Below the pieces are notes generated by a model. The model ran no database searches. It saw nothing but the letters and a program-made list of their open reading frames with translations, and was not told the origin of the DNA. Shown piece after piece: positions 1 to 8,959 of a stretch of DNA of 32,000 bases. Made by a program: the position numbers and the translations under genes. Position 1 is the first letter of the stretch. Every line of letters begins with the position of its first letter. Origin of the DNA: Alkanindiges illinoisensis DSM 15370 (lineage in GTDB: Bacteria; Pseudomonadota; Gammaproteobacteria; Pseudomonadales; Moraxellaceae); the NCBI RefSeq assembly GCF_000619845.1, contig NZ_KK211037.1, forward strand, positions 120,001 to 152,000. The letters run 5' to 3'.

Positions 1-457
1 CGCCAATCGCCACGGCATATTTTTGTGCAATCCGCAGGCCGGGCAGGGTTTTGCGGGTATCCAGCAATTTGGTATGCAGGCCATCAAGCAGCACCACATA
101 TTCAGCCACCTTGGTTGCCACAGCAGATAAGGTCTGGATAAAGTTCAGGGCCGGGCGCTCGCCAGTCAGCAGGCTACGGGCATTGCCTTCTAGCTCTAGA
201 AAAGCCTCGTTGGCCTTAAGCTGCGCGCCTTCAGCATGCAGCCAGTTGAGTTTAACCGCTGGATCAAGCTGTTCAAACAGGGCATTGACCCAAGGCTGGC
301 CTGCCAGCACCATGTCTTCCCGGGTGATTACGACAGCCCGCGCCTGTTCATGTTCGGGGATCAAACAGGCAGTAATATCACCCGTGCCGATATCTTCATT
401 TAAGGCCTGATTAATATTATGTGAAATCGCGCATGCAAGCAGCTCAGAAGAGATCAT
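1..457 (-). CDS. nadC: nicotinate-nucleotide diphosphorylase (quinolinate phosphoribosyltransferase), N-terminal ~152 codons only; the gene runs off the window start
   Basis: Absent from the ORF track because no stop codon lies in the window. Reverse-strand translation from ATG (complement of 455-457) gives MISSELLACAISHNINQALNEDIGTGDITACLIPEHEQARAVVITREDMVLAGQPWVNALFEQLDP...GNARSLLTGERPALNFIQTLSAVATKVAEYV...LLDTRKTLPGLRIAQKYAVAIG. The LLTGER-ALNF-Q-S-AT and LDTRKT-PGLR blocks are the conserved NadC signature. The track ORF 51..410 (+) is its antisense shadow. Confidence 0.85.
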   Translation of the reverse strand, partial: MISSELLACAISHNINQALNEDIGTGDITACLIPEHEQARAVVITREDMVLAGQPWVNALFEQLDPAVKLNWLHAEGAQLKANEAFLELEGNARSLLTGERPALNFIQTLSAVATKVAEYVVLLDGLHTKLLDTRKTLPGLRIAQKYAVAIG

Positions 458-614
458 ATCGCCAACCAGAAATTTGAATAAACTAAGATAAAACAACAAA
501 TATTCGTGTAAAATCGTGACCGATTATACATAATTCAAGCGTTAAAAAACTCGCCAAGAATCGCCAAACAAGTATATAGTAAGCGTTCAAGGATCGATAA
601 CTGTATTAGTGTGT

Positions 615-2981
615 ATGGCCATGAGTAGTCAAAATCAGATACCGAGCGGATCTGCAATATTGCTGCGCTTTAGTGACATATTGCGCCCTCAAGTGCTTGC
701 ATATTTTCAAACCAGATTTCAGTCGTTTCTTGCTGAGCTGCCTTCCTATCTGATGACAGCATGTGAAGGAATACCTGATGGTCAGCAACAGGCCTATCTG
801 GACATTATTGTATTATTGCGCCATCGCCGTGATGAGATCAATAGTCAGGTTACCGGGCTGTTCAATGAAAAATGGCAAAACTTCCAGCAACTGGCGCATC
901 AGCCTCAGGAGCAAGGCACGCCTGCGCCTGTCATGTCGCTGGATTCCATTGCACTGGTAGGTTCTGACGAGCTTGAACTGAATGTTGTTATCGAAACCTT
1001 ATCCACCCGTTTGCTGCATCAGGCCGATCAGGTTATTACTGATGCCTTTAACCGCCTGAGCGCTTTGCTGCCTGCCCTGAAATATGCTGACCAGTTGCCT
1101 TTTCATCCCAAGGTCTTATTACACTTGGTGCCGGAGTGCTTTGGTGACAATAACCTGACCATCCTGCAAAAAACTGTCTTGCTGCGGCAGTTTGCCACGC
1201 TGTTGGACATGCGCGAAGTAACTGCCCTGGTGAGTAATGCACTGGAGCAGGCGCAAATACCTGTGCCGGTTGTTGCTACCCGGGTGAGTGATGACAGTAG
1301 CTTTATTGAGGAAGAAGAACCCGATCTGGTGGATGTGCTACGTGATATCCGTGACCTGAACCAGAAAAATGCAGGTAGCGGCTCGGCAGATGGCAGTGGT
1401 AATGGCAATACCAGCGGGCAGGTGACTGAACTTAATACCGATCCGAATTCACCGTTGCTGCAAACCACCACCACAGGTGGCATTGTGGTTGATCCGGCGC
1501 GTCTGGTGCAACAGGCTCAGCATTTTGCCCAGATTAGCCAAAGTGTGGCCAGTGTACCCTTAATGCCACAAAACATTTTTCCGCTGGCGCAGGAACAACT
1601 AATTGCCACCACCGAGCTGATGACCCGCCTGAGCAAGTTGCAGGACATCCAGCCGCTCACGCCAGTGGCCGTGAATGCCGATATTCCTTCCGTGGCTGAA
1701 GTACGTGAGCACATTCGCGGACAATTGCAAAATGATGAAGACACCGTTGAGCTGATTGGCCAGAAAGACACCGATATCATCAATCTGGTATCGGCCATGT
1801 TTGACTATATTCTGGATGATCAGGATTTGCCGACGGCCATGAAGGCACTGATCGGTCGCTTGCAGATTCCCATGCTGAAAGTTGCCTTGCTGGATGACCA
1901 GTTTTTCAAGACTGAAAAACATCCGGCCCGCTTGCTGCTCAATAGTCTGGCCAAGGCCGGGGTAGGCTGGGATGAAAAAGCACCCGCATCGGACATTCTC
2001 TATAAGAAAATTGAAGAAACCGTTTTTAAGATCCTGACTGATTTTACCAGCGACATGAGCGTGTTTACCGAGTTGCTGGAAGACTTCAACAAGTTTTATG
2101 AAGAACAGCAGGCACGCATTGCCCTGATAGACCAGCGTACCCGTGAGGCAGAAGAGCGCCGCGCCAAGGCTGAACTGGCGCGCAGTGAAGTGCAACTGGT
2201 GTTAAACCAGAAGCTGACTGGCCGCCGCCTGCCCATGGCAGTGATTCGCCTGTTGCAGGAAGGCTGGCGTCATGTGCTGTATTTGTCCTTCTTGAAGGAT
2301 GGCAAGGATGCAGAATCATGGCGGCAGGCGGTGAAGGTGGTGGACGCGTTAATCTGGTCGATGATGCCGGTTAAAGAAGATCCGGCATGGCTGGAACGCT
2401 TAAAAAGTGTGGCGCCCAAGCTGAGCAACAGTTTAAAAAAAGGACTGTCTTCGGTCAATTTTGATCCCATCAAGTCTGAAAGCCTGCTGCGTGAAATTGA
2501 CCGGGTGCATCAGGAAACCATTGATGGCCTTGAAACACCCGTGGTTGAAGTGCTGACCGAAGATCAGGATGTGCGGGCTGATGGCGTAGATCGGATTGCA
2601 GTCGATCAGGCAGTGAGCGGCTCAGCCAGTGACTTCAAGAGTGTGGTGTTGCCCAAATCGGAACTGGTGGATTTGTACCAAGGCGAAACTCTGCCTGCCA
2701 GTGACAAGTATGTACAAATGGTCAAGCACCTGAAAGTGGGGGCATGGATTGAGTTTAGTGCCACCGATCAGCTGGAACGTCACAAGCTGGTGGCGCGTAT
2801 CCGCAGTATGGAAAAGCTGATTTTTGCCAATCGGCGCGGTATTAAAGTGGCTGAAATGTCACAAATGCATCTGGCGGTTGAGCTGAGTCAGGGCCGTGCC
2901 CGTCTGGTCGATGACCAGCCACAGATTATTGACCGTGCCCTGCAATCAGTGGTGGGCGGCCTTAAACAACTCACCGCCTAA
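615..2981 (+). CDS. large conserved protein of unknown function, DUF1631-like
   Basis: Uninterrupted ~790-codon ORF (track start GTG 609; ATG at 615 or 621 is more likely). It lies between nadC and ampD, where I recall Pseudomonas having a large DUF1631 hypothetical. The family call is from memory of that synteny and the size, and was not searched. An acidic plus Gly/Ser/Asn low-complexity linker (EEEEPDL...GSGSADGSGNGNTSG) lies mid-protein. Confidence 0.6.
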   Translation: MAMSSQNQIPSGSAILLRFSDILRPQVLAYFQTRFQSFLAELPSYLMTACEGIPDGQQQAYLDIIVLLRHRRDEINSQVTGLFNEKWQNFQQLAHQPQEQGTPAPVMSLDSIALVGSDELELNVVIETLSTRLLHQADQVITDAFNRLSALLPALKYADQLPFHPKVLLHLVPECFGDNNLTILQKTVLLRQFATLLDMREVTALVSNALEQAQIPVPVVATRVSDDSSFIEEEEPDLVDVLRDIRDLNQKNAGSGSADGSGNGNTSGQVTELNTDPNSPLLQTTTTGGIVVDPARLVQQAQHFAQISQSVASVPLMPQNIFPLAQEQLIATTELMTRLSKLQDIQPLTPVAVNADIPSVAEVREHIRGQLQNDEDTVELIGQKDTDIINLVSAMFDYILDDQDLPTAMKALIGRLQIPMLKVALLDDQFFKTEKHPARLLLNSLAKAGVGWDEKAPASDILYKKIEETVFKILTDFTSDMSVFTELLEDFNKFYEEQQARIALIDQRTREAEERRAKAELARSEVQLVLNQKLTGRRLPMAVIRLLQEGWRHVLYLSFLKDGKDAESWRQAVKVVDALIWSMMPVKEDPAWLERLKSVAPKLSNSLKKGLSSVNFDPIKSESLLREIDRVHQETIDGLETPVVEVLTEDQDVRADGVDRIAVDQAVSGSASDFKSVVLPKSELVDLYQGETLPASDKYVQMVKHLKVGAWIEFSATDQLERHKLVARIRSMEKLIFANRRGIKVAEMSQMHLAVELSQGRARLVDDQPQIIDRALQSVVGGLKQLTA

Positions 2982-3030
2982 CCTGTAAAGTCATTCTTAC
3001 TTTTATTTTAATCAATGAGGTATTGCATCA

Positions 3031-3675
3031 ATGGACACTGGCACTGACCATGACGCATTACCTTTTCCTGCTTGGTCACCCTTGACGATTAATCCGGATG
3101 GCTGGTTGCAAGCTTCCTGCCCTGATAGCGGCTGCCCGATTTCAATCCGGCATGTGGTCTCTCCCAATTTTAACCCACGCCCTGAGCAGGCCAGCGTCCG
3201 CCTGATTGTGCTGCACAATATCAGCCTGCCGCCTGCCCAGTTTGGTGGCGGTTATATTGAGCAGTTTTTTCAAAATCAGCTTGATGCCAATGCCCATCCG
3301 TATTTTCAAACCATCCATGAACTGAAAGTATCAGCGCATGTGCTAATTCTGCGTACCGGTGAAATTATCCAGTTTGTGTCATGCAATGACCGGGCCTGGC
3401 ATGCGGGACGCTCCAGCTATCTGGGCGTGCCGGAATGTAATGATTATTCGATCGGAATTGAGCTGGAAGGCACCGATGATCAGCCATTTACTGATGAACA
3501 ATATGTGGCTGTGATTGCCGTTATTCTTGGTATTCAGCAGGCTTATCCCCACACCCGGCAGCATCTGGCAGGGCATTCTGATATTGCACCCGGCCGCAAG
3601 ACTGATCCGGGCCAGCATCTGGACTGGCAGCGGATTCGTCGGTCCATCGCCACTTATTATGCGGATGCCTTATAG
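3031..3675 (+). CDS. ampD: 1,6-anhydro-N-acetylmuramyl-L-alanine amidase AmpD
   Basis: 214 aa. Motifs SPNFNPRPE, IVLHNISLPP-FGG-YIEQFF, HPYF, VSAHVLILRTGEIIQFV, RAWHAGRS and NDYSIGIELEG-D-PFTDEQY are typical of the AmpD amidase_2 family. Adjacent to nadC as in enterics and pseudomonads. Confidence 0.9.
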   Translation: MDTGTDHDALPFPAWSPLTINPDGWLQASCPDSGCPISIRHVVSPNFNPRPEQASVRLIVLHNISLPPAQFGGGYIEQFFQNQLDANAHPYFQTIHELKVSAHVLILRTGEIIQFVSCNDRAWHAGRSSYLGVPECNDYSIGIELEGTDDQPFTDEQYVAVIAVILGIQQAYPHTRQHLAGHSDIAPGRKTDPGQHLDWQRIRRSIATYYADAL

Positions 3676-3883
3676 GAAAAAGCCAAGGGGCAGCTATAGC
3701 TACTATCCAGTCAGCTACTGTCCAGTTTGAAATTTGAAAAATAGACGTTTAAAACGAAAAACACCACACCGGTAAAGTGTCAGGTAAAGCCATTAACGTT
3801 AATGGGTTATGCTCACTGTACTGGGCTGTTTTAGCAAGGAAGTTATTTTGGAAAAGAAGCTATTTTAGAAAGGAAGCAATGCG

Positions 3884-4792
3884 ATGCTCTATGCCTGCCA
3901 GCGATTGCCCGTACCCGGTGTTGCACCGGAAGATGTGGCTATTTTACCCAGTGGCGAGTTGGTGACTGGCCTTGCTGATGGCCGAATTTTCCGGATTAAT
4001 GCCACCACAGGGGCCAGCCAGTTAATTACTACGCTGCAAGGGCGGCCTCTTGGCATTGAAGTGCAAAATGAAAACCATCTGATTGTGTGTGACGGCCAGT
4101 TGGGTCAGTTACTGCGGGTCAACATCTCCACGAGTGCAGTGCGGGTACTGGTGGATCAGATTAATGGCAAACGGATACGGCTGTGCAACAATGCCAGCAT
4201 TGCCCGTGATGGCCGGATTTTCTTTAGTACTTCATCACAGCATCATGCCGTAGATGAATGGCAAATGGATCTGATTCAGCATCCCATGAGCGGGGCGCTG
4301 CATTGCCTATACCCGGATGGTCATGTGGAAACCCTGCTAGACAAGCTAGCTTTCGCCAATGGTGTGACCCTGTCGTCCGATGAATCCATGGTGCTGGTGG
4401 CAGAAACCGGAAACAATCAGGTGATGCAGATGAATATTGTGTCAAAGCATGCCAGCCTGTTTAGTGCACTGCCCGGCGTGCCCGACAATATGTCCACGGG
4501 TCAGTCCGGCATCATCTGGATTGCAATTCCCAGTGCCGCTGACTGGCGCCTGCACTGGCTAAAAAAATTGCCTTATGGCATGCGGACAGGCTTGGCTCAT
4601 ACGATTGGCCGCCTGAACATGCCAGTGAAGCGACATGCACAGGTGCTGGGTTATAACGCTCATGGCAGGCTGGTGCATAATATTGAAATCAACCCAGCTG
4701 ACTATCACATGATTACGGGCGTGCGCGAACATGCAGGCAAGCTATTTTTAAGCAGTTTGCATGAAGATGCCATTGGAATTGTGCAGTTATAA
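3884..4792 (+). CDS. SMP-30/gluconolactonase/strictosidine-synthase-like beta-propeller protein
   Basis: 302 aa. PEDVAILPSGELVTGLADGRIFRI, GRPLGIEV, ARDGRIFFSTSS, SGALHCLYPDGHVETLLDKLAFANGVTLSSDESMVLVAETG are characteristic of this six-bladed propeller family. AGGAAG lies upstream of the ATG. Confidence 0.7.
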   Translation: MLYACQRLPVPGVAPEDVAILPSGELVTGLADGRIFRINATTGASQLITTLQGRPLGIEVQNENHLIVCDGQLGQLLRVNISTSAVRVLVDQINGKRIRLCNNASIARDGRIFFSTSSQHHAVDEWQMDLIQHPMSGALHCLYPDGHVETLLDKLAFANGVTLSSDESMVLVAETGNNQVMQMNIVSKHASLFSALPGVPDNMSTGQSGIIWIAIPSAADWRLHWLKKLPYGMRTGLAHTIGRLNMPVKRHAQVLGYNAHGRLVHNIEINPADYHMITGVREHAGKLFLSSLHEDAIGIVQL

Positions 4793-4949
4793 TCCCGAAT
4801 TGCTGCAGGCAGGTGATTGGCCAGTCACTGGTAAATAGTCACCTGCAAGGTTAGCGTGAATTAAAACACTGCCAGCGCAGCGATATTACAACGGCTGCTG
4901 TTAATTTCATCTACAATAGCGCATTTTTAGTCAGCAGTTGCTTGGGGAT

Positions 4950-6500
4950 ATGGCTTTGTGGCGCTCGACCTTTATTTTTAGTGCAATGACCATGCTGTCG
5001 CGTATTCTGGGCCTGGTCCGGGATATGGTCTTGCTGAATGTATTTGGCGCAGGCGGGGTATTTGATACTTTTGTGGTGGCCTTTCGCATTCCTAATTTTT
5101 TCCGTCGCCTGTTTGCCGAAGGGGCATTTTCACAAGCCTTTATTCCGGTACTCACCGAATATAAAACCCAGCGCGCCCATGCCGAAGTTCAATTGCTGAT
5201 CAGTAGTGTGTCCGGTACGCTGCTCACCATTTTAATGCCGCTGACCATTATTGCGCTGTTTGCAGCTCCCGCCATCATGTATGTGTATGCGCCGGGCTTC
5301 CATGACAACCCGGAAAAATTTGGCATTGCGGTTGAGCTGTTCCGGCTGACCTTTCCCTATTTGCTGTTTATGTCGCTGACGGCTTTTTCCAGCAGTATTC
5401 TGAACAGTTATGGTTCATTTGCCAGCACGGCATTTGCCCCGGTTTTGCTCAACATTACCCAGATTGCAGCAGCGTGGTGGTTTGTTGATTTTTTTGAAGG
5501 CAAGCAGCAAATCATGGTGCTGGGCTGGGCGGTGCTGGTGGCAGGTATGCTGCAACTGGCGCTGCAAATTCCCGAGCTATGGCGTAAAAAATTGCTGGTG
5601 CCACCCAAGGTAGACTTTAAGCATGAAGGCGTAGAGCGTATTTTACGCCTAATGCTGCCCGCCCTGTTTGGCGTATCGGTGACGCAAATTAACCTGCTGC
5701 TCAACACCATCTGGGCATCTTTTATGCAGGATGGTTCGGTGTCGTGGCTTTATACTGCCGAGCGTATGACTGAACTGCCGCTGGGCCTGATTGGCATTGC
5801 CATTGCCAGTGTAATTTTGCCGTCACTGTCAGCCCAGCATGCTGAAAAGAACCATGAAAAATTCCGCAACATGATTGACTGGGCGGCGCGGGTGATCATG
5901 CTGGTGGGCATTCCATCCAGCCTAGCCATGACTGTGCTGGCCGAACCCATGATTCAGGCGCTGTTCCAGCATGGGGCGTTTAGCGTGCGTGATGTAGAAA
6001 TGACGGCATGGGCCTTACGCGGCATGTCGGGTGGGATTCTGGCCTTTATGCTGATTAAAATCTTTGCGCCCGGTTTTTACGCCCGGCAGGACAGCAAGAC
6101 CCCGGTAAAAATCGGCCTGATTTCAGTGTTTGCCAATATGCTGCTTAACGTGGTACTGATTGGAACATTTAAACTGATGCACTGGGATGCTGCCCATATT
6201 GCACTGGCCATTTCTTCAACGGGATCAGCGTTTGTCAATGCAGGCCTGCTGTACTGGTACTTGCATAAACAGCAGGTGTATCGCTTTGGCAGCCACTGGA
6301 AAAAGATCTTTGTGCAGTACGGATTTGCGAATGCTGCCATGGTGGCTGCCCTGCTGGCAACGATACAATTTTACAATGGCGATGTGTCGCAATGGATGCG
6401 CATTATTGAGCTGCTGGCCTTGTGTGCGCTGGGTGCGCTGGTGTATGGCATTGCGCTGTTGCTGGCCGGATTTAGACCGCGCCAGCTGCGCCATGACTAG
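4950..6500 (+). CDS. murJ: lipid II flippase MurJ (MviN)
   Basis: MALWRSTFIFSAMTMLSRILGLVRDMVLLNVFGAGGVFDTFVVAFRIPNFFRRLFAEGAFSQAFIPVL is the canonical MurJ N-terminus. The protein is polytopic throughout. The track start TTG 4938 adds 4 residues; ATG 4950 fits family N-termini. Confidence 0.95.
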   Translation: MALWRSTFIFSAMTMLSRILGLVRDMVLLNVFGAGGVFDTFVVAFRIPNFFRRLFAEGAFSQAFIPVLTEYKTQRAHAEVQLLISSVSGTLLTILMPLTIIALFAAPAIMYVYAPGFHDNPEKFGIAVELFRLTFPYLLFMSLTAFSSSILNSYGSFASTAFAPVLLNITQIAAAWWFVDFFEGKQQIMVLGWAVLVAGMLQLALQIPELWRKKLLVPPKVDFKHEGVERILRLMLPALFGVSVTQINLLLNTIWASFMQDGSVSWLYTAERMTELPLGLIGIAIASVILPSLSAQHAEKNHEKFRNMIDWAARVIMLVGIPSSLAMTVLAEPMIQALFQHGAFSVRDVEMTAWALRGMSGGILAFMLIKIFAPGFYARQDSKTPVKIGLISVFANMLLNVVLIGTFKLMHWDAAHIALAISSTGSAFVNAGLLYWYLHKQQVYRFGSHWKKIFVQYGFANAAMVAALLATIQFYNGDVSQWMRIIELLALCALGALVYGIALLLAGFRPRQLRHD

Positions 6501-6550
6501 ATTCATGACTCACTTTTGCCAAACTTTATTTTTAACAGGATGAGGTAGCC

Positions 6551-6859
6551 ATGACCTTACAAACCGAACTTGAGCAGCGCTTGCAGGCTTTATCCCCTAC
6601 GGAATTGCTGATTGAAAACGAGTCACATGGGCATGGTGGCTATTTTCCTGGCAAGGAATCACACTTTAAGGTGGTGGTGGTGAGCAGCCAGTTTGAAGGC
6701 TTGCGGCTGGTACAACGGCACCAGAAAGTGTATGGCGCGGTGGGTGATCTGATTGCACCCAGCCGCATTCATGCACTGGCCATTCACGCCTATAGTCCGG
6801 ATGAATGGACGGGTGATGCACCAGACAGCCCGCAATGTGCGCATCAGCCTAAATCCTAA
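6551..6859 (+). CDS. BolA family protein
   Basis: 102 aa. ESHGHGG...ESHFKVVVVSSQFEGLRLVQRHQKVYGAV...IHALAIHAYSPDEW matches the BolA fold signature (SHF-V-VVS-F-G, RH--VY, IHAL, P-EW). Confidence 0.85.
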   Translation: MTLQTELEQRLQALSPTELLIENESHGHGGYFPGKESHFKVVVVSSQFEGLRLVQRHQKVYGAVGDLIAPSRIHALAIHAYSPDEWTGDAPDSPQCAHQPKS

Positions 6860-6953
6860 ATTTAAACAGCATATTCAGGCAATTGCTTTAAAAAACCTTT
6901 ACTTTAAATAGCCAAAGCGCGACCTATCACGCAATGAAATAAGAGGACATGGG

Positions 6954-7451
6954 GTGGATTCACACTTAATTTTAAAAATTATTCACATGACCTTCGGCAG
7001 TCTGGCGCTGATTACCTTTTTAATCCGTGCTGCCTTGCTGTTCCGTGTACCGCAAAACCAGCCCGGAAAAGCAGGCCGTATTGTGCTGGTGGCCTTGCAG
7101 CATCTGTCCTTTACCGTGCTGATTATTACCGGCATGGTATTGTTATACCAGAACCAGTTTGTGGTGCAGCCATGGTTTTATGGCAAGATCATTTTATTTG
7201 TGGTGATTTTATCGGCTATCATCAAGGCGTTTAGCAAACGGGACATGAGTCTGGCCCAGCGTAAGGCGGGTGCTTTTGTGGCGGCGGTTGCCTTTGCCGG
7301 GTTGCTTACGCTGGTGGTGTTGAAACCTGATTTTTCCGGTAACGCGGCTTCCCAGCAAATTGCTCAGTCCGCTGCTGTTGACCCGCAAATTCAACCAATG
7401 CAGCAAAATCAGTTAACCAGCACGACTGTTAGACAGTCTGCAACAAATTAG
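6954..7451 (+). CDS. small polytopic membrane protein, SirB2-like
   Basis: 165 aa with four hydrophobic segments (LKIIHMTFGSLALITFLIRAALLF; VALQHLSFTVLIITGMVLL; WFYGKIILFVVILSAII; AFVAAVAFAGLLTLVVL) and a Q-rich tail. The SirB2 resemblance is from memory. The start is uncertain (GTG 6954 or ATG 6984). Confidence 0.45.
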   Translation: MDSHLILKIIHMTFGSLALITFLIRAALLFRVPQNQPGKAGRIVLVALQHLSFTVLIITGMVLLYQNQFVVQPWFYGKIILFVVILSAIIKAFSKRDMSLAQRKAGAFVAAVAFAGLLTLVVLKPDFSGNAASQQIAQSAAVDPQIQPMQQNQLTSTTVRQSATN

Positions 7452-7511
7452 CCTGACAAATAAACTAATCTCAGAATCAGGCAGGCCAGCTTTCATTTAA
7501 GGGGAAAACAA

Positions 7512-8345
7512 ATGCGTCGTGTAGTATTTAATCAAAAAGGTGGTGTGGGCAAGTCCAGTATTACTGTCAATCTGGCAGCGATTAGTGCAGCCCGTGGCAA
7601 GCGCACACTGGTGATTGACCTGGATTCGCAAAGCAATTCCAGCCAATATTTGCTCGGTGAAAAAGCCACCTATGGCCAGAATAATCCGGTGCTGGAACCC
7701 AATATTGAAACTTTTTTTGATGAAGTATTAAATGCCTCGCAAGGCAAGGGCCTGATTGGCTCGGCGCTGGGTTCCATTCTGAAAAACAAGGAACGCGGTC
7801 TGGATGCAGTGATTCACAGCACGCCATTTGACAACCTGTTTGTGATTCCTTCCAGCCCGAATCTGGGCGCGCTGGAGCATCCGCTACAAAGCAAGCACAA
7901 GATTTTTAAACTGCGCGATGCCTTAAATGAACTGGCTGGCCAGTACGATGAAATTTTTATTGATACGCCGCCCGCCTTTAACTTTTTTACCCTGTCGGCA
8001 TTAATTGCAGCGGAAAAAGTGATTATTCCATTTGACTGTGATGTGTTTTCCCGCCGTGCCCTGCAAACCCTGCTGGAAAATGTGGTGGAAACCCGCAGTG
8101 ACCATAATCCGGCGCTTGAAGTAGAAGGCATCGTGGTGAATCAGTTCCAGAGTCAGGCCAAGCTGCCACAGCAGGTGGTACAGGAACTCAAAGACGAAGG
8201 GCTGCCGGTGTTTGATACCATGCTGCCAACCTCGGTGGTGATGAAGGAATCGCACCAGAAAAACCAGCCACTGATTCATTTAAATGTAGATCATAAACTC
8301 ACACAGGCTTATGTGAACCTGTTTGATGAAATCAGCAAGGCTTAA
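7512..8345 (+). CDS. ParA/MinD-family P-loop ATPase (orphan, no adjacent ParB)
   Basis: Deviant Walker A FNQKGGVGKSSITVNLA, VIDLDSQSNSS, Walker B-like IFIDTPPAFN, and a C-terminal ParA-like helix region. AAGGGGA Shine-Dalgarno sequence before the ATG. Confidence 0.85.
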   Translation: MRRVVFNQKGGVGKSSITVNLAAISAARGKRTLVIDLDSQSNSSQYLLGEKATYGQNNPVLEPNIETFFDEVLNASQGKGLIGSALGSILKNKERGLDAVIHSTPFDNLFVIPSSPNLGALEHPLQSKHKIFKLRDALNELAGQYDEIFIDTPPAFNFFTLSALIAAEKVIIPFDCDVFSRRALQTLLENVVETRSDHNPALEVEGIVVNQFQSQAKLPQQVVQELKDEGLPVFDTMLPTSVVMKESHQKNQPLIHLNVDHKLTQAYVNLFDEISKA

Positions 8346-8383
8346 CGTGAGCTGTTTAAACTAATGGGAAGGAGTGTGCCATC

Positions 8384-8797
8384 GTGGCTTTAAAACATCG
8401 GGCTTTACCACATCATGTTTTATCTTTGGGCGTGCTGATGGCCAGTGTGCTGGTGATGACTGGCTGTGCCTCTAGCGTAAAGCCCATGTATGTGTCACCT
8501 ACCCAGTATCAGGCGCTCAACTGCGCCCAACTGCATGCTGAATATGGCCGCATTGCGCAATATATCCAGCGTGGCGTGAGCAGTCCTAAAACGACAGGTG
8601 TTGGGGTAGGCTTGGGTGTGGGCGGTATTTTTGGCCGTGGCGGTGGCTGGGGTATTGGCCCCAGTGTGTCCGTGAATATGGGCCAGTCGCAGCGCACGCA
8701 AAATTCCGAGCTGTCCCGTGTGCTGGGAGAGCAGGATGCCATTGCACAGGCGGCACAGTTTAAGGGTTGCCCGATTATGGCCGCCATTAAAAAGTAA
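8384..8797 (+). CDS. glycine-zipper lipoprotein, function unknown
   Basis: Signal peptide ending in the lipobox LVMTGC. Gly-rich core GVGVGLGVGGIFGRGGGWGIG. Strong SD GGAAGGAG 9 nt before GTG 8384. Followed by a terminator. Confidence 0.6.
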   Translation: MALKHRALPHHVLSLGVLMASVLVMTGCASSVKPMYVSPTQYQALNCAQLHAEYGRIAQYIQRGVSSPKTTGVGVGLGVGGIFGRGGGWGIGPSVSVNMGQSQRTQNSELSRVLGEQDAIAQAAQFKGCPIMAAIKK

Positions 8798-8822
8798 CAG
8801 GATAAAAGATTTAAATTATAAG

Positions 8823-8849
8823 AAGCCGGGTAAATTGTCCGGTTTTTTT
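8823..8849 (+). terminator. Rho-independent terminator after the ParA/lipoprotein pair
   Basis: aagccgg (8823-8829) pairs with ccggttt (8839-8845) across the loop gtaaattgt. The 3' arm runs into a 7-T tract ending at 8849. Confidence 0.6.
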
Positions 8850-8959
8850 CAACCCTGATGCAGACACAGCCTGTCGCGCTGAATTTCCCCTGCCTTTTAA
8901 CCCTGCTTTAAATCTTGTTAAGCTAAAAATCATCATTACTGCCCAGCAAAATTATCATC

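Noticed and set aside
51-410. 119-aa ORF on the plus strand at the window start
   Set aside because: It is the antisense shadow of nadC. The minus-strand frame gives a clear NadC sequence, whereas this frame is Ser/Ala/Arg-rich with no motif.
1599-2195. Long antisense or out-of-frame ORFs inside confident genes (for example 1599..2195-, 10435..10863-, 27884..28360+, 30940..31503+, 31242..31790+, 15165..15605+)
   Set aside because: Each lies wholly within a gene with strong family motifs on the other strand. Their translations are low-complexity (Gly/His/Gln/Arg-rich), and they lack SD sequences. This is typical shadow-ORF behaviour.
4810-4850. Nested hairpin (caggtga...tcacctg enclosing ccagt-c-actgg) after the beta-propeller gene as a terminator or REP element
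   Set aside because: No following U-tract and no second copy elsewhere in the window, so I can assign neither a terminator nor a repeat-family identity.
8850-8959. Search for an SOS (LexA CTGT-N8-ACAG) box upstream of the radical-SAM gene
   Set aside because: No match found by eye. tactgcccagcaaaatt has only one half-site.
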